From positions 434,001-498,000 of the forward strand of contig OZ025653.1 in the NCBI GenBank assembly GCA_964019335.1: a stretch of 64,000 bases of DNA, given 5' to 3'. Under the pieces are notes generated by a model. That model saw nothing but the letters and a program-made list of their open reading frames with translations, had not been told where the DNA came from and did no database searches. The position numbers and the translations under genes were made by a program. This document shows positions 33,601 to 43,621 of the stretch, piece after piece. Source of the stretch: Diplonema japonicum (Eukaryota; Protista; Euglenozoa: Diplonemea). How positions within the stretch are numbered: position 1 is the stretch's first letter; the number at the start of each line of letters is the position of its first letter.

Positions 33601-36600
33601 TCAGCGTAACCAACGCCGTCAGGAGTGCCTTCGGCCACTTCCCTGTCACCTCGATGGCGTTGAAGAGCATCGCCCACGCATCCAACAATACATTTGGCAT
33701 AGCGCGAAGTTCTGCCATCCTCCACCCATCAACTCCCGGTGCTGTCCTCGTCGATTTCTTGGCCAGAACTGCTCTCAGATCAGCCCCTGTCAGTGGCTGG
33801 AGCACCATGTCATGCGTCGAGATGTATGGCCCGTATCTAGCCTTGAAAGCCTCGTACGATGGTTCTTCATGCCCTTCACCGTACATCTGGAGCACGCCGT
33901 CCCATTCCGCGTGCATCATCCTGTCCATCTCGTCGAGGTCTGCGGTCAGCACTCCGCCGCTCTCCACTGCCTGCGCCGCTGACGTAGAAGTGTTTTTCAC
34001 AAAGGCGGTCATCCCCCTCCGCTCCTCCTGGAACTGGGTGTTGATCCTCGCCTCGTACTTCTTCTCCCGCTCCACTCTCGTGTCCTTTGCGATCTCGCGT
34101 AGTAGCGAGGAGAGGTTGTCGTCTAGCAGTTGAAGTCTGGTGACAATCGACTCCAGGTCATCCTTCAGCAAGTTCCTATCAAATACTGGAGGGTTCGGCA
34201 GTTTCTCCAGCAAACTCAGAGCATTCGCCCAAGTCTTCAACAGAACTACTGGCATGTTGCACACTTGTCCCTTGTCAATCATCACCTGGATTTCCGCGCT
34301 GATGTGTGCAAGCTTCCTCTGCAAACAGGCAATCGACTTCTGTCTACCCACCGCTGCGCCCGTGGCTTCCTTTACAGACTTGGCCGACAGGCATTTCTCC
34401 TTGGGTTTGCGCTCCTCGCCCCTCCCTCGGAAAGTCTTCTGTTGCTCCATCGGCACGCCTGTGATGCAGTGTCTTTCCGAGACGTCAGCCAGCACACGGT
34501 ATGCGCCGTCGATGTCCTCAAGTTTTTGGATGAATCTCTCCGCCTGTAGCAGCTCAATCACGTGGTCATCACTAGCAGTCGACACCGGCAGTTCCTTCGG
34601 GATGAAGTACTTGCGTGTCTTGCTCTTGAGAGTAGGGATACACAGTTTGATGGAGAGGCATCTGTGTTCGTTGGTATACACCGTGTCGTGGACCCACGCC
34701 TTCTGTAGTCCCGCCGCAGCGATCGGGTTCATCAAGACGTAGTCGATGCGTGACTTTGTGTCAGTGGCTCTCCTCACAAAGGTGTGGCTCGGCCTTACCC
34801 CGTCTTTCTCGGCCTGCATTGCTGCTGCATCCACCCAGTCACACCCAACCGCCTGCTGTAGTACACCTGATTGCGACACCTCGGTGTTTAGGTCCCCCGC
34901 GACGATGATAGGAACATCTCCCAGGGCACATCTCATCTCGTTCAGCACCTTGTTCAAAAGTGTCTCACGCTGGTGTTTGCCGTAACTTCCCGAGTGGCAA
35001 TATACCACAATGAGGTGGAGCCACATGTCTCGTCCGTCCAAGTTGATCATAGCATGGACCCACCTGTTGCCGTCGTCCATCGAAGCGACTGCTTTGACTA
35101 TCGCCGGCCTGCACCGCTGTACTAGTATGCCGACTCCACCTCTTTGTGCTTTGTCGGGAGCAGCAAGTCCATCGACCACGATACCGGGCTGTGGGTTTCC
35201 CCACAGCGCACGATACCTGCCGTTGTCCTCAACATGCCTCCCAATCATGTGTTGTCCGTGTGCGGTCAGCTTCACTTCCTGCAAGCACGAGATGTCGCTC
35301 TCCATGGCCAACACCTCGTCCACCTTATTGCTCAGGGACCCCACATTGAGAGTTGTGATTGTGAGCGAATTGGGGTCCCTAGCTCCACCCATGAAGATGT
35401 CCCTCCGGATGTCTTCATGGCTGGCGTCCCTTCAGTTGAACTCGTCAGGGTCATGTTCGATTGGTAGGATGGGGGTCATAGTGTTAGCTATGGCCATGTG
35501 CACGTCAGGTGTGGCCGCACATGTCGGTGTGCCGCCGGGCAGGTATATCGGTGTCATCGAACCCGTTGCACTCGTGGGGACAAGGGCACCCGAATGTGCC
35601 TTCTTGCTGGTCGTCGTGTCGTCGCATTTCCTCTTCTTGTCCGTGCGCTTCGCAGTCTGGATGTCCTGCTGGATAGACTGGACAGTCTTAACCAGCTCGG
35701 ACACCGCCACAGCCACCGCATCCAACCTCTCGAGACGTGTTGTTACCATCTCCATCTGCCTGCCGAGAGCTTGCATGTTCTGCTCCATCGACTTCACTAG
35801 CGAGATGGTCGCGGCAGCCTTCCTCTCCATGTCCACCACTCTCGCTTCCATCGCTTTCCTCTCCTGCTCGTGCTCCAGCTCTTTCTTCCGCGCCCACTCC
35901 TCGAAAGCGTCGACAGACGCCATCGTTTTCGTAGCAGGTGCTGGCGCGTTCGGTGGGGGTAGAGCCTCGGCTACCGGCGTTGAGTGCGTCGCAGGTGTTG
36001 ACGCAGCGTGGTGTGTTGACGCCTGCGTGTCCGACACTGGCGCAGGTGTAGGCGCGGATGATGGGTTCGCCTGCCCGGCTTGTCTGCCCCATATGGCGTT
36101 CGGCGGCAATGTGAATACGGCCTTATTACTGTCACTCGCGCCCTTCTTGTTCTTCTTCTTCTTCTGCAGGTCACCCTCCAGCGGCTGGATGGTCCAACGC
36201 GTGCCCTGGACATTCAGAACCAGACCTCTCGGTTTCGAGCACGAAGTCACGGCCCAGGATTGTTTTTCGCCAAACCTATGCAGCCTCTTCCTCACCGTGA
36301 CCGGCCATCCCGACCGTTTCAAGCGGTCTTCCAGCTCGAGGCCGTTCATCGAAGAGGGCACCCCTTGTACCTCATAGTGCTCGCCGTCGAGCAGTGTCGC
36401 TGCTGTCGCTGTCACCTTCAGATCGGCATGTCGGTCTTTGAGCACCCGCCTTGCTGTGTCAAGCTCGGCTTTCGGTACCCTTACCCCGTAGACGACGGAC
36501 TTGCCCGACTTCTTGAAGGTCAGTCCCCATCCGCACACTTCACGCCTGAACAGCAGTGCCGCTTTCAGTGTCGTGCCCTCCAGCCACAAAACCGGCAGGA

Positions 36601-39600
36601 GATCGCGTGCTTCCCACGGTTGGCGCACAAACACGCCGTCCTCGCCACTGCGCATGAGGATCGACTGGACATCGGTCTTCATCACCGTGATTGGGACCTC
36701 GAAAACGCCGTCCCGCTTCCTGCCTCTCTTGGTGAGGTACCGCCCTGCTCTCTCTCTCAGCCATGTCAATACTCTCGACCTGGCCTTCTCGGCGTCCAGC
36801 GATGTTTGAGCAACCAGATAGAGTTCCGAGGTGCAGGTCTCCGGCTCCTCCAGCTCCTCCTCTTCCTCCATCTCCTCCTTGTTTGCGTCCGGCATCGCAG
36901 GGTGACCATTGCGGGATGTCACCTGCAGGCGTCTGCACGTCTTCCCGCGCCCTTCGTTCGTGCTCAGAAGGACCTCAGCCTCCTCGCCGCAGAAGTAGGG
37001 GAGACGTCCCCACGAAACGACCGTTGCAGCCGGCGCGCCCCTTAGCCACTCCGCTGCCAACCGTTCAGAGCCTTGCGGGACAAGGTACACCGCCCGCTCC
37101 GGCTGTGTCTCCGCCCCTTCCCACTCCCGCACGTGCACGGGCCACTCGTCCTCGGCAAGGCATGCGATGATGGCCTTGCGTGCCGGCTTGCCCTGCTCCT
37201 TCTTCTTCCCGTCCTTCGCGCCCTCGCTGCGGATGGGGAGTGGGATCCTCACCGGCGGCACATACGCTGTAGTGGTAGGCATCTTCGAGTCCTCCCCTTT
37301 CACCGCGCAGACGTAGTGGCCCTCCACATAGCCCAGCCATAGCGTGGCCGTGTCTGGTACCTCATTCCTACTCCCCGGCTCGAAGCAGCTCAGGGTGAGG
37401 ACGTCATCCCTTACAGCAAAGACACAGATCCTGCGTCCCATCACCACGGACATCGTGCTGACCGTCAGCCTGTCCGCCCACGTTCCCGAAAGAGCTACCA
37501 GCCTCTGGTACTCCTTCCACGCCGCAGCCTTCTCCCCTTCCTCCACCATCATGAAGGAGGAGTAGTCCTTCCCCGCCAGATGAGAGGCCACCACCTCCCG
37601 CAGCGCCCCCGCCTCGTCCCTCGCGCCGTGCACCGCGTACGACACCGCTTCGAAGAAGCACTCTCCCTGCCTTCTTCCGGTGTCTATCACCTTCCAACCC
37701 TCCAGCCTATTGGCCAGATCCTGCACCGCTTCCCTCGTCTTCGGCCTGGTGGATTCGCCGGACTTCCCCTTATGAGAGGAAGCCCGCCCAGGAACCGCCG
37801 TCGTGGAGGCTCCACCTCGGCCTTGCGGTGGCATTTTTGTCGTCGTGACTTTTGATTATCCGAACCCAGTGTTCCCTGAAAAAAAAAAAAAAAAAAAAAC
37901 GTACCTTGTCAAAAAGCTTCGTGATCTTACCATCGGGGGGCACAGACAAGCCCACGTGGTTGTTGACGTACTGGAACACCTTTCGCAGGGACTTTCGCAT
38001 GATAAAGCCGTTTCCTTGGTCATCGGCCATGTCAAAACAAGCATGAGTAATCTCACGGAACCCCGCAGGGTCAAGCACAAGCATCTGTATTGTCTCAGCG
38101 CTCGCTCTGATCTTCTTCTGGGAACCAAGGATCATCCTCTCACAAGCGGCAACCTGAAGCTCCTGTGCCAACGGGAACATGGTGTGCTTCAGAACCTGCA
38201 CTGTGTTCGTCCCTCGCCGTTTAACTTCAAGTGACACCGAAGACCCTGCTACTACTCCTCTTGCAGGGGACCCCAGCCGAGCTAGCTCCGACCGAGACTT
38301 CACCTCTACCCCATTAAACTTTATTAGGATATCGCCCTCATTGATCCCTGACGCATTTGCTGCAGGCCCGATTGAATGGATCTCCAAGGGTGCTGATGGA
38401 TGGACATCGAAGTGGAAGGACCCTCTCGGGTATATCTCCCCGCTGCATAGCTTCATATGTTTTGTTTGGTTTCGTTCTCTCGTTCGCCTTCCGCATCTGA
38501 TAGGAGGGTTTTGTTTTTAGTGTCAGGAGGTGCATACTTTGGGCAAGGCGCCAGTGTCCCCTCCGCCCAGACGACCTCCATGATCATTGCCCGCAAGTAG
38601 GGGAAGAACTCGTCAAATGTCAGCAACCCGTTCCCGTCCACGTCCACCTCTCGGAAGGCGTAGCGGCAGTCTGTTGCCGATGGGGCCTCGATGCCCACTA
38701 TATCCGACAGCGTTTGGAACACGTTCACGATCTCCCTCGGGCCCAGCACGCCTTCGCCCTCTTCGTCAGCTGCGATCCAGGATTCCATCACACTCTCACG
38801 GCATTTGATGGGGTCCGTCATGAACTGTGTCGTGTTGTGCGACCTCCCACGGCACATACCTCATCAACTTTATCGAGATGGATTCTAGGGAACACCGTCT
38901 CTAGCCTCTGAAGTTTTTTCCGTCGGTTCTGTCGTGCAGCGACTGTCTCTGACCCGACCTGAGGGATGGTGCTGCTTGTTACAAGGCATACCGTGATCTG
39001 CAGGGGAATGCACCCATCTGTCAGCGCTTGGCTCATGTGGCGGATGCCTGCTGCAGTGTTCGGGCGCTCCTTGTCGCCTCCGGTGTTGCGCAGCTGCCTG
39101 ATGAGCTCTGCATCGCGAAGCACGTACACCACAATGTCCGTCCCACGGAACACTTCGCTCCTAGGGCCAACGGCTTTCATGAAGTCCTCACGCGTGGCAA
39201 CAGGCACTGTGCCCATAGGGTTCGCAATTTTCGAAATCACGTCGCCCACACGCATTCCGCCCTGCTCCGCAGCCCCGCTCGCCATGAGCTGCGTCACTGT
39301 GCACTGCGGGTCGAGCATCAGGTGGATTGACCCGGACTGCCCGAAGGGCACGCACTTTTTCAAATGATTCTGCACGTAACATTTCCTCACTTTTGCCCCA
39401 CACCTATTGCACCCCACCACAGGCCCAGCGCACACCCTCTTGTGTGCCATCCGTTCCGTCACATTAATCTGCACACCGCACGCAGCACACGTCACCTCCC
39501 TCTTCGGACACTTCCTCGTTTCGTGCTCTTCCTTGTCAGCTAGCTCCAACGGATACCCTCCCTCACCCTCGCCCGTGTTCCTGCACAACGGGCACATCCA

Positions 39601-41196
39601 CTCATCCCTCGAGTACACACCTAAGATCACATCGCATATGTTGGTCAAGGTTCCGTAATCCTGATACTTGTTCTTGATGCCTCCGTCTGCCATTTTTGAG
39701 CACCCTCTGTGCCTGTTAGTTCTTGTAATGAGTAAAGGCAATATGAATAGCAGTGCTTACTCGTCGAACACACCTGAGTAAAGTTTGGAGACATCCTCCT
39801 TGCTGGGAGACACTAGGACATTGTCGCTGTTGTTGGTGGTTTGACGGTCATGGGCTCGCCTGCGGAACATATAGTTCCAAGGTGCAGCCTTGTCCTCACG
39901 GCTAGCCCCGATAGGGACCATTCCATACTTGGAATAGAGGCCAATGGCGCCAACGTTGGAGCGATGTACCTCTAGCAACGTAGCACATGTGGACGTGTGC
40001 AGCTCCATGAGTGCTCTGGCGATCCCGTGTCTGCGGAACTGCGGGGCAACGCCCAGCCAGTGTACAAAACATAAAGGTTCCACGTCGTCAGTGCTGGCAC
40101 TCCGCCACTCTTGCACTACGGCAGCGGCAAGGCTGTCGATCCCTTGCTTCCTCTCGACAACGAGGATCAGGTCCTTCATGAGCCATTCTTCAAACTCTTC
40201 CTTGTCCATCTCCCCCTCCAGGCCTTTGTACACCTCGTCGTCGAGTTCGATAAGCATCTTGATCAGCCACGCAGGCCCCTTCTCCCTGATGAGCTCGGGG
40301 CCTGTCTTGAGGACGTACCGTCCGTTGCAGATGTAAGGAGGCAGCGGGTCACGTTCATAGTGTTTGAAAACCACTTCGTGGCTCCAAACACCTAGGGTGC
40401 GGGGAGGGTCTGCAATGGGGGGTATGACATCGCCTGCAACCCATCGCACGCCGGTGAAGATTATGTGAGATTGGTGCCGGATAAGGGGTTTGTAGCGGTT
40501 GGTGATTTCTTGGAGTCGGAGGCAGCCCTCGGACGGGCCTCTGCACTGCCAGAGGTCGAGGGGGAGGTGGCAATTCTGTGTGCGTTTCACGGTTGGGAGG
40601 ACTTGAGGGAAGACCTTGACGAGCCAGGTGGAAAGCGTTTTCTTCTTGTTGGGATTAAGACGCATTCGGGGGTCGCGGATGAGCTCCTGCACGATTTGGT
40701 GCTCGGTGACGTAACAGCCTTCGTCGGGGGTCAGGTTGCTGGAGAGCCACTTTGCAAGGATGGTGTTGGAGGCGTGGCGGGTTACTGCCTCAAGCCACTC
40801 AAGAATGAATGCAGAGGTAGGGAGTGTGCATCCGAAAAAGGCCTTTAGGGACTGTGTAAATACACTCGCAGGGGCCTCAGGGGGGACATTGCAATCTACC
40901 TCACCATTGTCACTGAGCACAATCCATTTCCTCTTTCTCGATTCGTCTGTCCCCGGCACCCTCTTCACGCCTTGACTGTCAGGCTGCAGTACAAGAACAT
41001 CGTCATCATCATCGTCATCTTCTCCTGCGGCGGAGTCGTATTCCTCTTTACCCTCAAACAGCCCCTTCTCGTCCTCTGCCCACTCGCTTTCACTGTCACT
41101 GTCTTGGACCAGCACGACCTTGTGCGTTTGTTGGTTTATCAGATAACTCCTGCTTTGCCTTACTTGAGGAAGACACCCTTCATTTTCCACCTCCAT
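30615..41196 (-). CDS. Multidomain protein, ~1084 aa: GNAT acetyltransferase, TRAF-type Zn fingers, PDZ, EF-hand pair, PDZ, EF-hand pair (5 introns; the last holds the LINEs)
   Basis: Exons 41196-39761, 39712-38992, 38958-38860, 38824-38538, 38496-37905 and 30734-30615 total 3255 nt (1085 codons). The last junction rebuilds an EF loop (KLFDK|IDDTAEGSVSFDEIF). GNAT motif VAPQFRRHGIA...NVGAIGLY. The join of the GNAT part rests on intron 39760-39713. Confidence 0.75.
30785..31238 (-). mobile_element. 5'-truncated, internally deleted fragment of a related LINE
   Basis: IIPSCLYDVAFSPPSDGYLAKL...ALWGPRYRTRNPAAVLSILHKGH matches ORF2 VLPSCLYGTTYAAPSDNQLKKL...SLWGPRFRMRSPMAVLNVLLPGH; IGGRKVLGWDRRPL...KGDRGR* matches LGGPTTHGYDRRPL...NGDRLV*. 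Confidence 0.85.
31304..35392 (-). CDS. LINE ORF2: APE endonuclease, reverse transcriptase, CCHC-type Zn knuckle
   Basis: APE motifs LNVGSL, CLQE, GDLN, SRIDYV and NEH; RT motifs APGVDG, LIPK, HRPIT, QHGFR, LDFVKCFD, GILQGCPIS and YADD; CDVC...EHALWEC. No RNase H recognised. Confidence 0.95.
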   Translation of the reverse strand: MGGARDPNSLTITTLNVGSLSNKVDEVLAMESDISCLQEVKLTAHGQHMIGRHVEDNGRYRALWGNPQPGIVVDGLAAPDKAQRGGVGILVQRCRPAIVKAVASMDDGNRWVHAMINLDGRDMWLHLIVVYCHSGSYGKHQRETLLNKVLNEMRCALGDVPIIVAGDLNTEVSQSGVLQQAVGCDWVDAAAMQAEKDGVRPSHTFVRRATDTKSRIDYVLMNPIAAAGLQKAWVHDTVYTNEHRCLSIKLCIPTLKSKTRKYFIPKELPVSTASDDHVIELLQAERFIQKLEDIDGAYRVLADVSERHCITGVPMEQQKTFRGRGEERKPKEKCLSAKSVKEATGAAVGRQKSIACLQRKLAHISAEIQVMIDKGQVCNMPVVLLKTWANALSLLEKLPNPPVFDRNLLKDDLESIVTRLQLLDDNLSSLLREIAKDTRVEREKKYEARINTQFQEERRGMTAFVKNTSTSAAQAVESGGVLTADLDEMDRMMHAEWDGVLQMYGEGHEEPSYEAFKARYGPYISTHDMVLQPLTGADLRAVLAKKSTRTAPGVDGWRMAELRAMPNVLLDAWAMLFNAIEVTGKWPKALLTALVTLIPKGGERTPLNHRPITVTSAVYRLWACARLRDISPWQEKWADDSQHGFRPRHGTDSILMELSTQLETAMLTNTPLNGIALDFVKCFDRVPQKVAFGLMQDLGLHQRILTPLKAMYAGLKRRFRFPTGVGSEFHVTNGILQGCPISVILVNALVSVMVKCVIAEVPGSRSLSYADDAYLLARLVEVLKRATNKTIEFCERTGMRLNENKSQAFSTKDEIGPWLKCTGSSFRVTKGIKALGVILNMNGKHSLDKLHSAEGRLSRLGALPLSFGNKASMLTGTVLPSCLYGTTYAAPSDNQLKKLCTATVTSLWGPRFRMRSPMAVLNVLLPGHTAYPQAKIVYNTVNCLVRESLTSPQLWQRVNEIVTLYREREDDEERGPLGVLLKRWLPFLNKGWSFIEGLRALVPSARRHEVRQAIRPAVAKELIHGRSSFAGMEAGACPSTNAWWRKLQSRRPLISYRLRRIISGAVFTVHPRVWGKQLDEREGVESSSLACDVCDHRCQTTTEVTEHALWECAPARAALTNERYGGMTRSDLPAVTALHGIIPRGATGAAKQQAAVVQRYLLDVVTRRDARAAERSTRILTTNPWDEITTGKQHTVPTVELLKSNGASGKVLMFYMKSVLRWLKSLRWYAGRKLTSVTTMELAVDYEQATRQSLAGPLDDQDWLTEKAGRMRYILGRIQKCTAKSGKNAFPANAKTRVHTLRHLGGPTTHGYDRRPLFSSSQTAPYLARLQAMFLAQMPSISSRQTAIAGTRQQPQNGDRLV
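35432..37834 (-). CDS. LINE ORF1 with an N-terminal OTU-family cysteine protease, a central nucleic-acid-binding-like region and a coiled coil
   Basis: QGECFFEAVS (catalytic Cys loop), LREVVASHL, SGTWAD, RRICVF and LGYVEGHY (catalytic His) follow OTU motif order. Confidence 0.82.
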   Translation of the reverse strand: MPPQGRGGASTTAVPGRASSHKGKSGESTRPKTREAVQDLANRLEGWKVIDTGRRQGECFFEAVSYAVHGARDEAGALREVVASHLAGKDYSSFMMVEEGEKAAAWKEYQRLVALSGTWADRLTVSTMSVVMGRRICVFAVRDDVLTLSCFEPGSRNEVPDTATLWLGYVEGHYVCAVKGEDSKMPTTTAYVPPVRIPLPIRSEGAKDGKKKEQGKPARKAIIACLAEDEWPVHVREWEGAETQPERAVYLVPQGSERLAAEWLRGAPAATVVSWGRLPYFCGEEAEVLLSTNEGRGKTCRRLQVTSRNGHPAMPDANKEEMEEEEELEEPETCTSELYLVAQTSLDAEKARSRVLTWLRERAGRYLTKRGRKRDGVFEVPITVMKTDVQSILMRSGEDGVFVRQPWEARDLLPVLWLEGTTLKAALLFRREVCGWGLTFKKSGKSVVYGVRVPKAELDTARRVLKDRHADLKVTATAATLLDGEHYEVQGVPSSMNGLELEDRLKRSGWPVTVRKRLHRFGEKQSWAVTSCSKPRGLVLNVQGTRWTIQPLEGDLQKKKKNKKGASDSNKAVFTLPPNAIWGRQAGQANPSSAPTPAPVSDTQASTHHAASTPATHSTPVAEALPPPNAPAPATKTMASVDAFEEWARKKELEHEQERKAMEARVVDMERKAAATISLVKSMEQNMQALGRQMEMVTTRLERLDAVAVAVSELVKTVQSIQQDIQTAKRTDKKRKCDDTTTSKKAHSGALVPTSATGSMTPIYLPGGTPTCAATPDVHMAIANTMTPILPIEHDPDEFN

Positions 41197-41991
41197 GTCT
41201 CTCTAAATCGGCATTTACCTTTCAAATAGGTTGCGGGTACAGCACGGCGGGTAGGCATGTAAGATATAGAAGTAAAAAAAAAAAAAAAAGAATAATAATA
41301 ATTATGGCTTGTAACTCATATAAAAACGATAGGTGGAGATATGGGGGGGATGTAAAGTAGCAGAGGTCTGTGTTGAGGGAGGGGAAGACGCGGATAGGAG
41401 CTCAAAAAAACAAAGCCACTTGAGGTCAAGCCTCTTCGTGGTTGTGAGTTGCTATCTGTTTTTAAAGGGGGGGGGCTCAACTTGTCAGCCGCAATGGAAT
41501 TATGGAGCCGGAAAAAAAAAAACAAAAAAATAAAATATAAAGAACGAAAGCAGAAGATGGAACAAGGGGAGGCTTCCATACTTTTTTTTGTTGGTAATCT
41601 GGGAAGTAACAGGGAGAATAAAAAGGGGGGTATTGGCCCGTAGCTTCAAGTGGTTTCCTACTATGAGACACCTGAGACTACGACAGTGTAAGTAAGGCGC
41701 CACAAAAAATATAAATAAATCATAAATTGTAACCTCTGCGCGACCATTAAGAAAGAATAGAGAAGAAGAAGGAAAAAGAAAAAAAAAAGGGGGGGGGAAG
41801 AAAGAGAAGAATAACGTATCCAAACGTAACAAAAAAAAAAAACATCCCCCTCAGCATCCCACCTAAATGGTCACAGTGAGGTGAGACGTGCTAAAACGAC
41901 AAATAAGGAACATCCCCCCCCTCATTCACATCTCAAGCCGGGTAAGCCATGTGATCATGGGTAGGTGGGTGGGGGGGGGGGAGAAAAAGAA

Positions 41992-42109
41992 GAACTGGCC
42001 GTTGTTTGTACGTGCCGGGTAAAACCTGGAGAAGTTTGTCAACCCGAAACACGTTTGCCAACGTTCTCCTTTTTGTTTAGACAAAGTCAAAGACGCGTTC
42101 TTGCATAAA
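41992..42109 (-). repeat. Copy 3 of the ~118-nt dispersed repeat
   Basis: 114/118 identical to 17673-17790. Confidence 0.95.
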
Positions 42110-42596
42110 AAATTGTGCGCTTCTTTGCACGTTTACATGCGTAGAGGACGCAGGGTAGAAGTCCCACCACGAAAAAGCGGAAAAGAGGAGAAGAAAGAAC
42201 CAAAGAAAGAATAGTTGCCTCAATTTTTTGTGGCTTTTGAGAAGAAAGGGGAAAAAAAAAAATAAAGAGGAGAACATGAAATGCACATGAGCAGAAGGAA
42301 GAGAAGAAGGAAAAAAAAAAATCTTTTTTTTTTCGGTTCGTATTTCAACGGAAAGGGGGGAGGGGGGTCGGAAGTGTGGAAGGGGGGTTTCTCTGAAATT
42401 AATTTCCTCCAAAGATAACTGGTAATCGTCCCCCCTCCCTTTTTCTTTTCTTCTTTTTTTTTTTCATCTTTTCTTTAGCACAGCGTAGAATGGAAAGGGG
42501 GGAAACCTGATACTCCGTATATACTCCGGGGGGGAAAGAGAACTTTTTCTTTTTATCAAAAAGAAATTAAAATCACGGAATCCTTCACTCCTTTTT

Positions 42597-42634
<38 letters not shown>

Positions 42635-43160
42635 CTTTCTTTCATTTTTTTTTTTCTTTCCTTCCCACTCGAAGCGGTCGGTATTTAAAAGTTTTCCCCT
42701 CCCTTTTCCTCTGCCCCTGAAAAAAAAGGGGTGGGTCCTTAGGTCCACTGTCACTTTGCAGCAAGGAGGTGGTGGAAGGCTTAGGTGAGAGAGTATTTTA
42801 AAGATTTTTTTTCTTTTTTTTTTTTTCATCTTCTTCGTTTGTTTTCCCTCCCTTTTCCCAACAGGCCCGCAAATAGACACCTGCAAAACCGCAAGCCTGG
42901 ATTTTTTTTTTTTTTTGCACAAGTAAAATAAAATAAAGAAAAACTGAAACTCTCCTCCCTAACCTTTTCGTAGTCTCTTCTTCCCTTCTTATTTTTTTTT
43001 TTATATAATGAATGAAGTAATATGTAACAAAAATAAAAAAAAAAATAAAAAAAATACACCATTGATGGAGAAGTGTTAGCAACAACCCACCGAGAAAACA
43101 AAAATAAAGTAAAAATTTAAGGCCCTTAGGTTAGTTAGGGAATTTTTTTTCTTCTCTCTA

Positions 43161-43288
43161 TCAAGAGTATGGAACACTATTGCGCAATATGAGCTCTGCA
43201 ACAAAGTGTTTCAGAGAACCATCGCAGTCATCCGAAATACACATTACATCATTTATACTGTAGAAGGTTGTTAAAATGTCAAGGGACG

Positions 43289-43326
<38 letters not shown>

Positions 43327-43583
43327 ACACACACCTACAAAAACTTGACCATCCACCAAATGCCATTACCTGGCCATCCTCTTGTGTAACTAACGCGTGG
43401 TAACTTTTTTTTTTCTTTTTTTTTTTCTCCCCGTTCTTTTAAGTACCTTCTCGCTTTGGGCTCTGTCTCCATCTTCAACTGACTCCAATTTTTTTTCTCA
43501 GTGTCCCACAACCATATCTCTGAACACGAGGCTCGTTTAAAGGAACTTATTGTCCCGCCAAAGGTCAACAACATATTTCTGGC

Positions 43584-43621
<38 letters not shown>

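Larger units (their letters stand above)
31255..37878 (-). mobile_element. Full-length non-LTR retrotransposon (~6.62 kb), in sense orientation within intron 37904-30735
   Basis: Two long intact ORFs with no homopolymers inside; flanked on the sense strand by T21 (37899-37879) and T16 (31254-31239), each followed by CA. Confidence 0.93.

Noticed and set aside
35380-35470. 2A ribosome-skipping peptide as in L1Tc/ingi elements
   Set aside because: No DxExNPGP motif at the ORF1/ORF2 junction.
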